Notes: a model not told the origin generated them from the sequence alone. Positions 8,809 to 20,590 are shown, counted from the stretch's first letter. The stretch: DNA of 64,000 nt from an uncultured Candidatus Rokubacteria bacterium (GCA_963708025.1 CAVPSB010000023.1:32001-96000), one strand, 5' to 3'. Numbers and translations: made by a program.

Positions 8809-9936
8809 CTACGTGCGCAGGGCGTCGCGCAGCTCGCGGGCGAGGGTCTCCACGGTTCCGCGCGTGCCGCCGGCGAGCTTCTGGCGCCACTCCGACTCGG
8901 TCTCGAAGCGGCGGTCGCCGAGGCGCTCGGCCCACGGCCGGAGCGCGTCCCGGATCGCGCGCAGATCGTACGGGTCGCCGCGTAGCTCGCGGGCTCGCGC
9001 CATCACGTCCGGGGCCACCCGGACGAAGGCCCGGAGGGCGGTGCCCGTCTTGATCGAGTACTTCCGCCCAGCCCAGGCGTTCGGAAACGTCTGGGCGATC
9101 GCCTTGACGTAGTTCAGGAAGAAGCGGCGGCCCGAGTCCCGGAGCTCCTTGGCGCGGCCGCGGCCGCCCATCTTCTCCACGGTCTCGATCAGGTCCACGA
9201 TCTCCTCGGCCAGCGGCGCCTGGGCGACCTTCCCCCGGCCGATGCCGAGCATCTTGATCTCGCCCTGGAGCGGGGAGGTCTCGTCCACGTTGAGGGCCCG
9301 GATGATGTCGTGGGCGAGGGCCTGGTTCTCGTCGGGATAGAGCTTCCGGCCGGCGAGGCTGACCAGGTGCGACGGGTTCAGCCGCGTGTGCTTGGCGTTG
9401 ATCGTCACGAACAGCTCGACGATCTGTTGCGCATCGAGGCTGTCGAAGACGACGGCCGGGACGTCGAGACCGGCCAGGGTGCCCTCGGCGGCGAGGGCAT
9501 GGAGGGCCAGGAGCCGGTGCTGCCCGTCGAGGACCCGCAGGACGCCGGGCTCCTCGGGAATCTCCAGGGTCCCCAGGTTGCCGTGCTGGCCGACCGGCTT
9601 GAAGGTCAGGCGCTTGTCGGCGGTCATGATCACGGCGCCGGCGATGGCGGGCAGCTTTCCCGCCTCACGACAGTCCGTGAAGTAGGCGACCAGCTCCTCG
9701 ATCTTCCGCCGGATCACCGGACGCTGGTAGGCCTCGGAGCTCTCGCCGATCCGACTCTCCAGGACGTCCCAGTTCACGCGCGTGCGCGCCGGACGCTTGG
9801 TGGGGCCCGGCTCGGGGACGCCCCCGTAGCCCAGCACCTCGAACTTGACCAGGCGATCGATCTCGCGGGCAGGGAACGACGCCTGGTAGAACTCGACGCC
9901 ATACTGCTTGATCCGGTGGGCGGCGACGGTGATCAC
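8809..9936 (-). CDS. DGQHR-domain protein (DndB/ParB-Srx superfamily)
   Basis: AYQRP, VLDGQHRLLAL and FVTINAK motifs in the canonical order. Confidence 0.85.
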   Translation of the reverse strand: MITVAAHRIKQYGVEFYQASFPAREIDRLVKFEVLGYGGVPEPGPTKRPARTRVNWDVLESRIGESSEAYQRPVIRRKIEELVAYFTDCREAGKLPAIAGAVIMTADKRLTFKPVGQHGNLGTLEIPEEPGVLRVLDGQHRLLALHALAAEGTLAGLDVPAVVFDSLDAQQIVELFVTINAKHTRLNPSHLVSLAGRKLYPDENQALAHDIIRALNVDETSPLQGEIKMLGIGRGKVAQAPLAEEIVDLIETVEKMGGRGRAKELRDSGRRFFLNYVKAIAQTFPNAWAGRKYSIKTGTALRAFVRVAPDVMARARELRGDPYDLRAIRDALRPWAERLGDRRFETESEWRQKLAGGTRGTVETLARELRDALRT

Positions 9937-9953
9937 GGCACGTCTCGTGCCTC

Positions 9954-9982
9954 ACTCTAGCCGACGGGTCCGGGGGTGTCAA
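9954..9982 (-). promoter_or_regulatory. Near-consensus sigma70 promoter of the DGQHR gene
   Basis: TTGACA-17-TAGAGT on the minus strand, 17 nt upstream of the GTG. Confidence 0.65.
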
Positions 9983-10074
9983 CGATCTCGGAGGGTAACC
10001 CTGACTTATGAGTGACCGCGCGGCGCGACGGTGCGGCGCCCGCGCCTTGACAGGCCAGGGGCCGGGACCCGAAC

Positions 10075-10386
10075 ATGGCGGCCATGGCGCGGGTCCGGAT
10101 CACCTGCTGGCGGGACATTCCCGTGCTGGTCACCGCGCGCGACGAGGTCGGGGAGGTCACCGTCGCGCTCGGCCCGCGCTTCCAGGAGCTGGTGGACGCG
10201 GTGGCCATGCAGACCGGCCTCTCCGACTCCGAGGAGTACCTGGGCGCCTGGGAGACCCGTTCCGAGGAAGAGCGAGCGGGGCCGGCGGGGGAGGCAGCGC
10301 GGGCCGTCGCGGCCGAGCTGGAGGAGGGCTTCGCCGAGATCCGGGCGCGGCATCTCCGCCCGGGTGGCCCCTTCGACGCCCACTGA
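10075..10386 (+). CDS. Small protein of the Pfam Virulence_fact family (function unknown)
   Basis: WRDIP..RFQELVDAVAM..EEYLGAW pattern recalled for this family. Confidence 0.7.
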   Translation: MAAMARVRITCWRDIPVLVTARDEVGEVTVALGPRFQELVDAVAMQTGLSDSEEYLGAWETRSEEERAGPAGEAARAVAAELEEGFAEIRARHLRPGGPFDAH

Positions 10387-10457
10387 CGGGCGGGGCCGAT
10401 GAGACCACCCTGGGTCGAGCCCGGGCGGTCCCTGGGCTACGGGGTTCCTGCTCGCCC

Positions 10458-11915
10458 CTACTTCTTCTCCAGCAGGATCGACTGCGGGAGCGTCCCCGGC
10501 CGGTCAACCCACGCCGTCGCCTCGAACACCCCGCGCCCCAGGCCCGACACGTCGATCACGACGCCGAAGAGGCCGGCGGTGCCCTTGTTGCCCGGGAGGC
10601 GGGGCACGATCCACGTCAAGCGGCGCCCGTCCTTCGCGCAGCGGCCGAGGCCCTCGGCGCCGAGCCAGCAGTGGCTGAGCGGCGCCCGCTCGGGGATTTC
10701 AAGGCCTACCTCGATGGGGCCGACGACGGAGGGCCCGTGGTTGCGGACGGCGAAGCGATAGGTCGCGGTCTGGCCGTCGAGCGTCCCCTCGGCCAGCACG
10801 TCGAACGCCGGCACGGCGACGGTGACGTGGTCGGCGTCGCGGGCCTGCCAGCGCTTGAGGTAGCTCATCGTCGCGATCCCGAACCAGTGGGGGTCGGAGA
10901 GATAGAGCCCGCCGGAATGCCGGCCCTGGTCGAGCACGAGGGTGCGGACGTACGGGTGGTCGCGCACCGCGTCCCGGTAGGTCAGATTGAACGATCCTCC
11001 GTCATGCCGCCCCGCCTTGACGTTGGCGCGCCAGAAGAAGTCGTCGAGCGTGTGGAACATGAGGAGCGGCGCCTTGACCTTTGGGATGTCGGCGTCGGCC
11101 AGCGCCCGCGCCTGCAGAGTCGTGATGTCCACCCCGTACCATCGGGCGGCGCGCTCGAAGTACTCGTACTCCGACGGGGCGCCCAGGAAGCTCGCGATGT
11201 ACCGGTCCCAGTCCGTGGGCGCCTGACCCGGCTCGGGCCGCGTGGGGGGCGAGGCGAGGCCGAGGGGCGCGGTGACCCCAATGCCCGCCGCGATCCGCTC
11301 CCCGCCGTCCCGGGCCATCGCCTTGACCAGGCTGCGACCGCCGTTGCTGAAGCCGATCACCGCGACGGACGTCGCCTGGCTCGTCTCCCGCGGGTAGCGC
11401 ACCGCGCCGAGGATGTCGTCCGCCTCCTTCCATCCGAGCGAGATCGGGGCCGCGGAGAGCGTGCGACTCTCGCCCTGGCCCCGGACGTCGATCGCCAGCA
11501 CGTGCCAGCCGTTCCGGACGAGGAGCTCCGCCACTTCCACCATGAACTTCAGGTTCCGGATCTGGGTCAGTCCGGGAACCAGGACCACGCCGGGTCGCGG
11601 CTTGCCGTCCCGGAACACCGCCAGCGAGCCGGCCAGGGGCGTCCCGTCGAGCGCCTGGAAGCGGGTCGTGCCGAACATGGAGGGATAGGCCTTCACCTGA
11701 GTGTGGGCCGCCGTCACGCCGAGGTGGTTCGGATCCTGGGGCAGCCGCCGGATGAACTCGACGATGTCGCCGGTCGCGGCGGCCGCGATGGGGAGCCACT
11801 CCCGGGGCCTCTCCTCCGGGACGCTGCCGGCGTGGCCGGGCGCGGTCAGGATGAGGGCCAGGGCGACGATCAGGACGGTCAGGACGACGAAGTGGCGCCG
11901 GCTGACAGCGGGCAT
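10458..11915 (-). CDS. Secreted alpha/beta hydrolase with C-terminal DUF11/Ig-like domain
   Basis: AGGAGG SD; signal peptide; IDVRGQGES; nucleophile elbow GFSNGG; C-terminal TYRFAVRNHGPS..LTWIV. Confidence 0.7.
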   Translation of the reverse strand: MPAVSRRHFVVLTVLIVALALILTAPGHAGSVPEERPREWLPIAAAATGDIVEFIRRLPQDPNHLGVTAAHTQVKAYPSMFGTTRFQALDGTPLAGSLAVFRDGKPRPGVVLVPGLTQIRNLKFMVEVAELLVRNGWHVLAIDVRGQGESRTLSAAPISLGWKEADDILGAVRYPRETSQATSVAVIGFSNGGRSLVKAMARDGGERIAAGIGVTAPLGLASPPTRPEPGQAPTDWDRYIASFLGAPSEYEYFERAARWYGVDITTLQARALADADIPKVKAPLLMFHTLDDFFWRANVKAGRHDGGSFNLTYRDAVRDHPYVRTLVLDQGRHSGGLYLSDPHWFGIATMSYLKRWQARDADHVTVAVPAFDVLAEGTLDGQTATYRFAVRNHGPSVVGPIEVGLEIPERAPLSHCWLGAEGLGRCAKDGRRLTWIVPRLPGNKGTAGLFGVVIDVSGLGRGVFEATAWVDRPGTLPQSILLEKK

Positions 11916-12115
11916 GGTGCGCCTCCTGGTGAACGTCGGGAGAGCGGAGGGTTGTCCAGCGGAGCGGGCTGGGGGCATGAGCCTCCCGGGCTGGACGGCG
12001 ACTTCCGGTCACTCTAGTCGAGGGGCGGAGGCCTGTCAATGACGCGGACGTGACGGCCGGCAGCCCGTGGGCGCTGCGCGCTCTTCGGCTCCGCCCGCCG
12101 GAGTCCCCGGGCGGT

Positions 12116-13251
12116 CTAGAACTTGACCTCCAGCAGGGTGTTGAGCTCGTGGCCGCCGAAGTCCTCGGTTCCGGGGGGCGTCGAGCCCGTAGCCGTAGCC
12201 GAGGATCAGCGTGATGCGGTCGGTGAACTCGATGGTCAGGTCCACTCCCAGTCCACGCAGGCCCTGGCGCGGCAGGGCGTGGCCCTCCAGGTAGTCGACC
12301 TGCGCGTAGTCCCAGGAGAGCTGGAGGCGGACCCGCTCGCTGCCCGGCCAGAGCGGGAAGCGGTAGGCGAGGTTCAGGAGCCAGAAGCGCTCGGCGAAGA
12401 TCTCGTCCACGTAGTAGCCGTGGAGGAGCAGGGGGAACTCCCGGCGAAAGGGCAGTGCGCTTCCCAGGCGGAAGGCCGAGAGACGGTCCGGGTGGCGGGC
12501 TCGTCCCGCCGGTGAGGAACGCGCGCACCGTCTGCGTCCGGGTGATCGAGTAGACCCCGCCCAGCCGCCCCCACAGCTGCTGCGTGTGGGGCTCGGTCGC
12601 CACCGGCGCGTCCCGGAACCCGTACGGCTCCGCGTCCTGCCGGTAGCCGATCTCGTACCAGAGCGACAGCCTCCAGCGGCCAGGTCCGGCAGGAGCTCGG
12701 GCGGCTCGCCGCCCACCCGGACGCCGACCCGCCCGGTGTAGATCGGCGTGTCGGCCGGCAGCCGGAACCGGGAGGCGGTGCTGCTCGACCTGTCGTAGAC
12801 GACGTACTGGGGCCGGAACCGGAGCTGGCCCTCGATCGGGAGCAGGTCGGCGATCTCGATCCGGCGGTAGTAGCTCAGGGCCAGCTCCCCGCCGTGCCCG
12901 TAGAACGACTCGCGGTCCTTGTGGTCGCCCCCGCGGAACTCCTCGACGTTGTACGGGAAGAAGCCTCCGCCGAGACCGAGGCCGAGCGCGTGACCGTCGG
13001 CTGGCCAGCGATCGCGGACCAGCTCGCCGCTGAGGTAGGTCGGGGCGAAGACGATCCGGAGGTAGAGGTCCTCGCTCGAGGACGTGCGGTCGGTTCCAGA
13101 GCAGGAAGGCGTAGCCGGAGGAGTTTCCGTCGCCGCGCAGGGGACCCTCGACGCCGAGCTCGAGGTAGGTGCGCGGCTCGGGATCGATCTGGGCGCCGGC
13201 CTCGCCGGCGGAGCCGACGAGGCGCGCCACGAGGGCGGTGAGGAGGAGCAT
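12116..13251 (-). pseudogene. Outer-membrane beta-barrel-like protein with several frameshifts (pseudogene or sequencing errors)
   Basis: Signal peptide then QIDPEPRTYLELGVEG. Amphipathic beta-strand segments are spread over different frames (shifts near 13075, 12675, 12500 and 12170). Ends with beta-signal-like LLEVKF. Confidence 0.55.
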
Positions 13252-13307
13252 CCGGCCGCGCCTCCGGCAGCCGACCCTGGGTGGCGGCTGCCGGAGGTCG
13301 GCCGTCG

Positions 13308-15113
<1,806 letters not shown>

Positions 15114-15196
15114 GATATCTCAGTGTATCAGATGCCGCCCGGAAGGCCGCGCTGGCGGGATGGTAGAATGGGCCGCGTCACCAGGGGAGGACTCGG

Positions 15197-15721
15197 ATGA
15201 GACTCGTGCGCTGGCTTCTGCTCGTGGCGTTCGTGACCGCGCTGCCGGCCCCGCCGGCGGGCGCCCAGGGGAAGGCGATGCATCCGACCGCGGTGATCGT
15301 GATGGAGAAGGGCGGGGAGATCCGGATCGAGCTGTACCCTGAGGACGCGCCCAAGACGGTAGAGAGCTTCATCACGCTCTCGAAGAAGGGCTTCTACGAC
15401 GGCCTGACGTTCCACCGGGTGGAGCCGGGCTTCGTCGCCCAGGGCGGTGACCCGAAGGGTGACGGGACGGGCGGCCCCGGGTACACGCTAAAGGCCGAGT
15501 TCAACCAGCGGAAGCACGTGCGGGGGACGGTGGCCATGGCCCGCTCCGCCAGCCCGGATTCGGCGGGGAGCCAGTTCTACATCTGCTTCGCTCCGGCGTC
15601 ACACCTCGACGGCAAGTACACGGTGTTCGGGCAGGTCGTGAAGGGAATGGAGGTCGTCGATCAGATCAAGCGCGGTGACCGGATGAAGTCGATCCGCATC
15701 GAGGAGCCCCCCAAGCAGTAA
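15197..15721 (+). CDS. Exported cyclophilin-type peptidyl-prolyl isomerase
   Basis: Signal peptide; FYDGLTFHRV..QGGDP..GTVAMAR..SAGSQFYI. Confidence 0.93.
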   Translation: MRLVRWLLLVAFVTALPAPPAGAQGKAMHPTAVIVMEKGGEIRIELYPEDAPKTVESFITLSKKGFYDGLTFHRVEPGFVAQGGDPKGDGTGGPGYTLKAEFNQRKHVRGTVAMARSASPDSAGSQFYICFAPASHLDGKYTVFGQVVKGMEVVDQIKRGDRMKSIRIEEPPKQ

Positions 15722-15746
15722 CCCGGCCGCCGTCCGCTCCCTGGGC

Positions 15747-16241
15747 GTGTCCACCATCCCGGAGTACCGGGCGCTCCCACGGGAGCCGCGGCTGGTCCGG
15801 CTGGCCCGAACCCTGGAAGCCCTGCCCGCGGCCCTCTCGGGCCGGAGCGTCGCCAGCGTCGGGCGGCGCCCGGCGCCCGGGGCCTGGGCCGCGATCGAGA
15901 TCCTCTGTCACCTGCGAGATGTCGAAGAGTCCTTCATGGATCGCCTCCAGCAGATCCTGCTCATGGACGAGCCGGGGTTTCCCCGGACCAGCCCGGATCG
16001 CTGGGCCGAGGAGCGCCAGTATCGGCGCCAGGACGCGGCGGCGGCCCTGGTCGCGTTCGAGCGGCGGCGCGGCGAGAGCCTGGCGCTGTTCGCGCGGCTG
16101 ACGCCGCTCGAGTGGGAGCGGGCGGGAGTCCAGCTCGACTCCCGCGGCCGCCGGACCCTGGATGACTTCCTCGCCGTCATGGCCTGGCACGACGAGAATC
16201 ACCTGGATCAGCTCCGCCGGGCCCTCGACGGCCGGCCCTGA
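15747..16241 (+). CDS. DinB/YfiT-family protein
   Basis: WAAIEILCHLRDVE and HDENHLDQL His motifs. Confidence 0.85.
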   Translation: MSTIPEYRALPREPRLVRLARTLEALPAALSGRSVASVGRRPAPGAWAAIEILCHLRDVEESFMDRLQQILLMDEPGFPRTSPDRWAEERQYRRQDAAAALVAFERRRGESLALFARLTPLEWERAGVQLDSRGRRTLDDFLAVMAWHDENHLDQLRRALDGRP

Positions 16242-16287
16242 CCGCCACCGACCCCCGGGAACAGTCTGCCGGACCGGATCCGGTGCT

Positions 16288-16327
16288 TTGATGATCTTCC
16301 CGAATCATGGTAGGTTCTTCCCGAATC
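16288..16327 (+). promoter_or_regulatory. Promoter of the W/Mo operon overlapped by a 12-bp direct-repeat operator
   Basis: TTGATG-17-TAGGTT (TGn extended); TCTTCCCGAATC at 16295-16306 and 16316-16327 (21-bp period). Confidence 0.7.
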
Positions 16328-16331
16328 TTCC

Positions 16332-17273
16332 ATGGAACGCCGCCTGCTGACGGTCCAGGAGGCCGCACGCTACCTCCGGCTGAACCCCCGGTCAGTCTAT
16401 CTCCTCGCCCAGCGGGGGGCCATCCCGGCGACGCGGGTCACCGGCAAGTGGCTCTTTCCCGAGCACTTGCTGGACGAGTGGCTCGAGGCCCACGCGCGTC
16501 CGGGGGACCGCCCGGCGGCGCCGGCCCGGGCCGCCCGAGCCGCGGCATCACCGCCGGCGACTCTCTTCGCGGCGGGCAGCGACGATCCGGCGCTCGAGCT
16601 GCTCCTGGACGCCTTCAACGCGGGTATCCGGGGGGCGGAGGGGCCGCTCCTGTTCACCGCGACCGTCGGCAGCACGGCGGGCCTCCGCGCCCTCGGCGAG
16701 GGGCGCGCGGACCTGGCGTGGGCCCACCTCGTCGACGCCGACTCCGGGGAGTACAACCTGCCGCACCTGCCGCGGTACCTCGGCGGGCGTCCGGCGGCGC
16801 TGGTCAACCTCTTCCATCGCGACCTCGGTCTCCTCGTGTGGACCGGCAACCCGCGGAGGCTCGGCGGCGTGGCCGAGATCGCCCGGCCCGGGCTCCGGTT
16901 CGTCAACCGCCAGGCGGGCTCCGGGACCCGCCACTTCGTGGACACCGCGCTGGGCCGAGCCGGCGTGAGCCCGGCGGCCGTCGGCGGGTACGGGGACGAG
17001 GTCTCGACCCACTGGGCGGTCGGGCTGCGGGTCCTGCGCGGCGAGGCGGACGTGGGGGTCGCCACCCGCTCCGTCGCCCACGCGCTCAGCCTGGGCTTCG
17101 TCCTGCTGACCCGGGAGCGGTTCGACATGGTCATCCCCAAGGATCTCTTCTTCCGACCGGTCGTGCAGGCCCTGGTGGAGGCCGTCCGCTCCGATCGGTT
17201 TCGCCGCCGCCTCGCCGGGCTCGGCGGCTACGATGCGCGCGAGGCCGGCCGGGTCCTCGCGGAGGTCTCGTGA
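16332..17273 (+). CDS. Excisionase-like HTH + periplasmic-binding-like domain regulator (putative molybdate/tungstate sensor)
   Basis: LLTVQEAARYLR..GAIPATRVTGKWLF; GSTAGLRAL and FVNRQAGSGTR PBP_like motifs; first gene of the tup/mod operon. Confidence 0.85.
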   Translation: MERRLLTVQEAARYLRLNPRSVYLLAQRGAIPATRVTGKWLFPEHLLDEWLEAHARPGDRPAAPARAARAAASPPATLFAAGSDDPALELLLDAFNAGIRGAEGPLLFTATVGSTAGLRALGEGRADLAWAHLVDADSGEYNLPHLPRYLGGRPAALVNLFHRDLGLLVWTGNPRRLGGVAEIARPGLRFVNRQAGSGTRHFVDTALGRAGVSPAAVGGYGDEVSTHWAVGLRVLRGEADVGVATRSVAHALSLGFVLLTRERFDMVIPKDLFFRPVVQALVEAVRSDRFRRRLAGLGGYDAREAGRVLAEVS

Positions 17274-17298
17274 GGGCGTGTGACCCCAGGAGGCCACC

Positions 17299-18201
17299 AT
17301 GAAGCGACCCGGTGTGAGGCCACAGCCTGACCGCCGTGCGAACGGCCGGCCGGCACGATGGCTGGGCGGACTGCTCGCGATCCTGCTGGTGGCGGGGGCG
17401 GTCGCGCCGGCCGCCGGCCAGTCCAAGGTCGTGATCGTGTCGACGACCACGAGCACGCAGGACTCCGGCTTGCTCGACGTCCTGGTGCCGATGTTCGAGA
17501 AGCAGACCGGCTATTCCGTCAAGACGGTGGCGGTCGGCACCGGCCAGGCGCTCGCCCTGGCCGCCCGGGGGGAAGCCGACGTCACCCTCGCTCACGCGCC
17601 GGGCCTCGAGAAGAAGTACGTCCAGGACGGGAAGATGCTCAACCGCCGGCTCGTCATGTACAACGACTTCGTGATCGTCGGGCCGCCCGGGGATCCGGCG
17701 GGGATCAAGGGCACGAAGGCCGCGGTCGAGGCGCTCCGGCGCATCGGCGACACCCGGGCACGCTTCGTCTCGCGCGGGGACAACTCCGGCACGCACAACC
17801 TGGAGCAGGCCCTGTGGAAGCAAGCCGGCCTGGCGTCGAAGGGCGACTGGTACATCGAGTCCGGCCAGGGCATGGGCGCCACCCTGACCATCGCGAACGA
17901 CCGGCAAGCCTACACGCTCACCGACCGGGCGACGCTCCTGGCTTTCGCCAAGCGGGTCAGCTTGCCGATCATGGTGGAAGGGGACCGGCCGTTGCTGAAC
18001 GTCTACTCCGTGATGGAGGTGAACCCGGCCAACGGCCCGCGGGTGAACACGGCCGCGGGGAAGGCCTTCGCCGACTTCATGGTCGCCCCGGAGACCCAGG
18101 CCGTCATCCGGACCTTCGGCGTCGAGAAGTACGGCCAGCCGCTCTTCGTCCCGATCGCCGGGAAGAGTGAGGACGAGATCGGCGGTGAGCCGGGAGTGTG
18201 A
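17299..18201 (+). CDS. tupA: Tungstate ABC transporter substrate-binding protein
   Basis: TTTS signature (STTTSTQDSGLL); FVSRGDNSGTH and GQGMGATL motifs. Confidence 0.93.
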   Translation: MKRPGVRPQPDRRANGRPARWLGGLLAILLVAGAVAPAAGQSKVVIVSTTTSTQDSGLLDVLVPMFEKQTGYSVKTVAVGTGQALALAARGEADVTLAHAPGLEKKYVQDGKMLNRRLVMYNDFVIVGPPGDPAGIKGTKAAVEALRRIGDTRARFVSRGDNSGTHNLEQALWKQAGLASKGDWYIESGQGMGATLTIANDRQAYTLTDRATLLAFAKRVSLPIMVEGDRPLLNVYSVMEVNPANGPRVNTAAGKAFADFMVAPETQAVIRTFGVEKYGQPLFVPIAGKSEDEIGGEPGV

Positions 18202-18342
18202 CGGCATCGTGCCCCTCCGGGGTTGGGGGCTTCCGGCTCCCCCCTCCCCCGGCCACAGGCCGAAGGCCGTCCATCGGTGGGGGAGGGGGGCCAGAGGCCG
18301 AAGGCCGTTGACGAATCGGGTGGGCGGGAGGTCCCGAAGATG
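18194..18342 (+). repeat. Family B/E repeat between the tupA stop and tupB start
   Basis: C-run/G-run hairpin with two GGCCANAGGCCGAAGGCCGT modules; ends GGGCGGGAGGTCCCGAAGATG. Confidence 0.8.
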
Positions 18343-19036
18343 GACCTGATCGGCGAAGGCCTCGTCCGGGCGCTCCGCCTGGTCCTGGGCGGCGACCCCG
18401 AGGTGCTCGGGGTGACCTGGCTCTCGCTCCGGCTCTCGGGCGCCGCCACGCTCCTCTCGCTCGTCGTCGGCCTGCCGCTCGGCACCGCTCCTGGCCCTCG
18501 TGCGCTTCCCGGGCCGCGGGCTCGTGGTCTCGCTCGTCAACACCGGCATGGGGCTGCCCCCGGTGGTGGTCGGACTGTTCATCTCGGTCCTCCTCTGGCG
18601 GAGCGGGCCCCTCGGGTTCCTCGAGCTGCTCTACACGCCCACGGCGATCGTCCTCGCCCAGTTCGTCATCGCGGTGCCCATCGTCACCGGGCTCACCCTG
18701 GCGGCGGTCCAGCAGATCCCCGAGCGCTTTCGGTTGCAGATGCTGGCGCTGGGGGCCTCGCGGGTCCAGCTGGTCTGGGTCCTGATCCGGGAGGCGCGGC
18801 TGCCCATGCTGGCCGCCCTCATGGCGGGCTTCGGCGCGGTCATCTCCGAGGTCGGCGCCTCCCTGATGGTCGGCGGCAACATCCGGGGCCAGACCCGTGT
18901 CCTGACCACGGCCACCGTTCTCGAGACCGGCAAGGGGAACTTCGACGTCGCCATCGCGCTCTCGGTTATCCTGTTGGGGGTGACCTTCCTGGTGAACTGG
19001 GCGCTCACGTGGATCCAGCAGCGGCGCGGCGCCTGA
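18340..19036 (+). CDS. tupB: Tungstate ABC permease, one frameshift near 18490
   Basis: MDLIGEGLVRAL..GLPLGT in one frame; RFPGR..NTGMGLPPVVVGL..EVGASLMVGGNI..TRVLTT in the next. Confidence 0.85.
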
Positions 19037-19048
19037 CGGAGGTGTGAC

Positions 19049-19816
19049 GTGCTCCGAGTCCTTCTCGGTCTGATCGTGACGCTCGCCCTGGCTGGCCCGG
19101 CGGCAGCCCAGGAGGTCACGCTGTCGGTGGCCATCAGCATGAAGGAGGCCGTCGAGGAGCTGGGCCGCCGGTTCGGGGCGAGCCGCCCCGGCGTCACCCT
19201 GCGCTACAACCTCGGGTCGTCCGGAGAGCTGCAGAAGCAGATCGAGGCCGGGGCGCCGATCGATCTCTTCGTCTCGGCGGCCCAGCGGCAGATGGACGAG
19301 CTGGAGCAGAAGGGCCTCATCGTGCCGGGGAGCCGGCGGGTCTTCGCCAGGAACGTTCTCACCGTCGTGAAGCCGGCGGACTCGCGGCTGGACCTGGCCA
19401 AGCCCGGGGATCTCCTGGACGCGCGCGTCACGCGGATCGCGATCGGGAACCCGAAGACCGTGCCGGCCGGGCAGTACGCGGAGGAGAGCCTCAAGGCGCT
19501 GGGACTGTGGGACCGCCTGCAGCTCAAGCTCGTCTTCGCCGAGAACGTCCGCCAGACGCTCGACTACGTGGCCCGCGGCGAGGTGGACGCGGGCTTCGTC
19601 TACACGACGGATGCCGCCGTGCGCGGCAGTCAGGTCCGGGAGGCCTTCCGCCCCGCGGAGGAGACCTACCGGCCGGTCATCTATCCGGTCGCGGTCGTCG
19701 CCGGCGCCAGGCAGCCGGTCCTCGCCCGGGCCTTCATCGAGCTGCTGCTGAGCCAGGAGGGGCAGGCCGTGCTGGCGCGGCTCGGCTTCCAGCCGCCGCC
19801 GCCCGGCGCCCGCTGA
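19049..19816 (+). CDS. modA: Molybdate ABC transporter substrate-binding protein
   Basis: GSSGELQKQIEAGAPIDLFVSA, IGNPKTVPAGQYA, ENVRQ and GFVYTTDA motifs. Confidence 0.93.
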   Translation: MLRVLLGLIVTLALAGPAAAQEVTLSVAISMKEAVEELGRRFGASRPGVTLRYNLGSSGELQKQIEAGAPIDLFVSAAQRQMDELEQKGLIVPGSRRVFARNVLTVVKPADSRLDLAKPGDLLDARVTRIAIGNPKTVPAGQYAEESLKALGLWDRLQLKLVFAENVRQTLDYVARGEVDAGFVYTTDAAVRGSQVREAFRPAEETYRPVIYPVAVVAGARQPVLARAFIELLLSQEGQAVLARLGFQPPPPGAR

Positions 19817-19924
19817 GCGGCGCCGCCCGAGGGCCGGGCGGATCCGCCGCGCGCCGATCCGCCTTCGCGTTCCTGATAAACTGATCGCTCACCATGTGGC
19901 AGCCGCCGAGGCGCGACTAGCTCC

Positions 19925-20590
19925 ATGCTGCCCGAGGCCACCGTGGCGGCGCTCTGGCTCTCGGTGCGGGTGTCGCTGCTCGCCACCGCGCTGAACGCAG
20001 CCATCGGGATCCCGCTCGCCTACGTCCTGGCCAAGCGCCGCTTCTGGGGCCGCAGCGCGCTCGACGTCCTGGTCACCCTGCCCCTCGTGCTGCCACCGAC
20101 CGTCACCGGCTACTACCTGATCGTGCTCCTGGGGCGCCGGGGCTGGCTGGGCCGCCCGCTCTACGAGCTGACGGGCTGGACGGTCGCCTTCACCTGGCAA
20201 GCCGCGGTGGTGGCGGCCACCATCATGGCACTGCCGCTGATGGTCCGTGCCAGTCGAGCGGCGATCGAGGCCGTGAACCCGGATCTCGAGCGCGCGGCGT
20301 TCGTGCTGGGTCGCTCCGAGTGGCGGACCGCCGTGGAGGTGACGCTCCCGCTCGCACGGCGCGGGATCGTCGCCGGGCTGGTGCTGGCCTTTGCCCGCGC
20401 CCTGGGCGAGTTCGGCGCGACGCTGATGCTGGCTGGCAACATTCCAGGCCGGACGCAGACGGTGCCGCTGGCCATCTACACGGCGGTCTCCACCGGTGAG
20501 ACGCAAGAGGCGCAGGTGCTGGTGCTGCTCTTGACCCTCCTGTCGTGCGCCGTGGTCCTCACCGCGGCCCGTCTGGGAGGTCGGGTGTGA
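19925..20590 (+). CDS. modB: Molybdate ABC permease
   Basis: LPLVLPPTVTGYYL and FARALGEFGATLMLAGNIPGRTQT motifs. Confidence 0.95.
   Translation: MLPEATVAALWLSVRVSLLATALNAAIGIPLAYVLAKRRFWGRSALDVLVTLPLVLPPTVTGYYLIVLLGRRGWLGRPLYELTGWTVAFTWQAAVVAATIMALPLMVRASRAAIEAVNPDLERAAFVLGRSEWRTAVEVTLPLARRGIVAGLVLAFARALGEFGATLMLAGNIPGRTQTVPLAIYTAVSTGETQEAQVLVLLLTLLSCAVVLTAARLGGRV

Noticed and set aside
8809-9936. Complete DNA phosphorothioation system
   Set aside because: Only the DGQHR gene is present; no dndA/C/D/E or ssp genes in the window.
16332-16500. Excisionase indicating a prophage or ICE
   Set aside because: The HTH is fused to a PBP-like domain heading a transporter operon; no integrase or phage genes.
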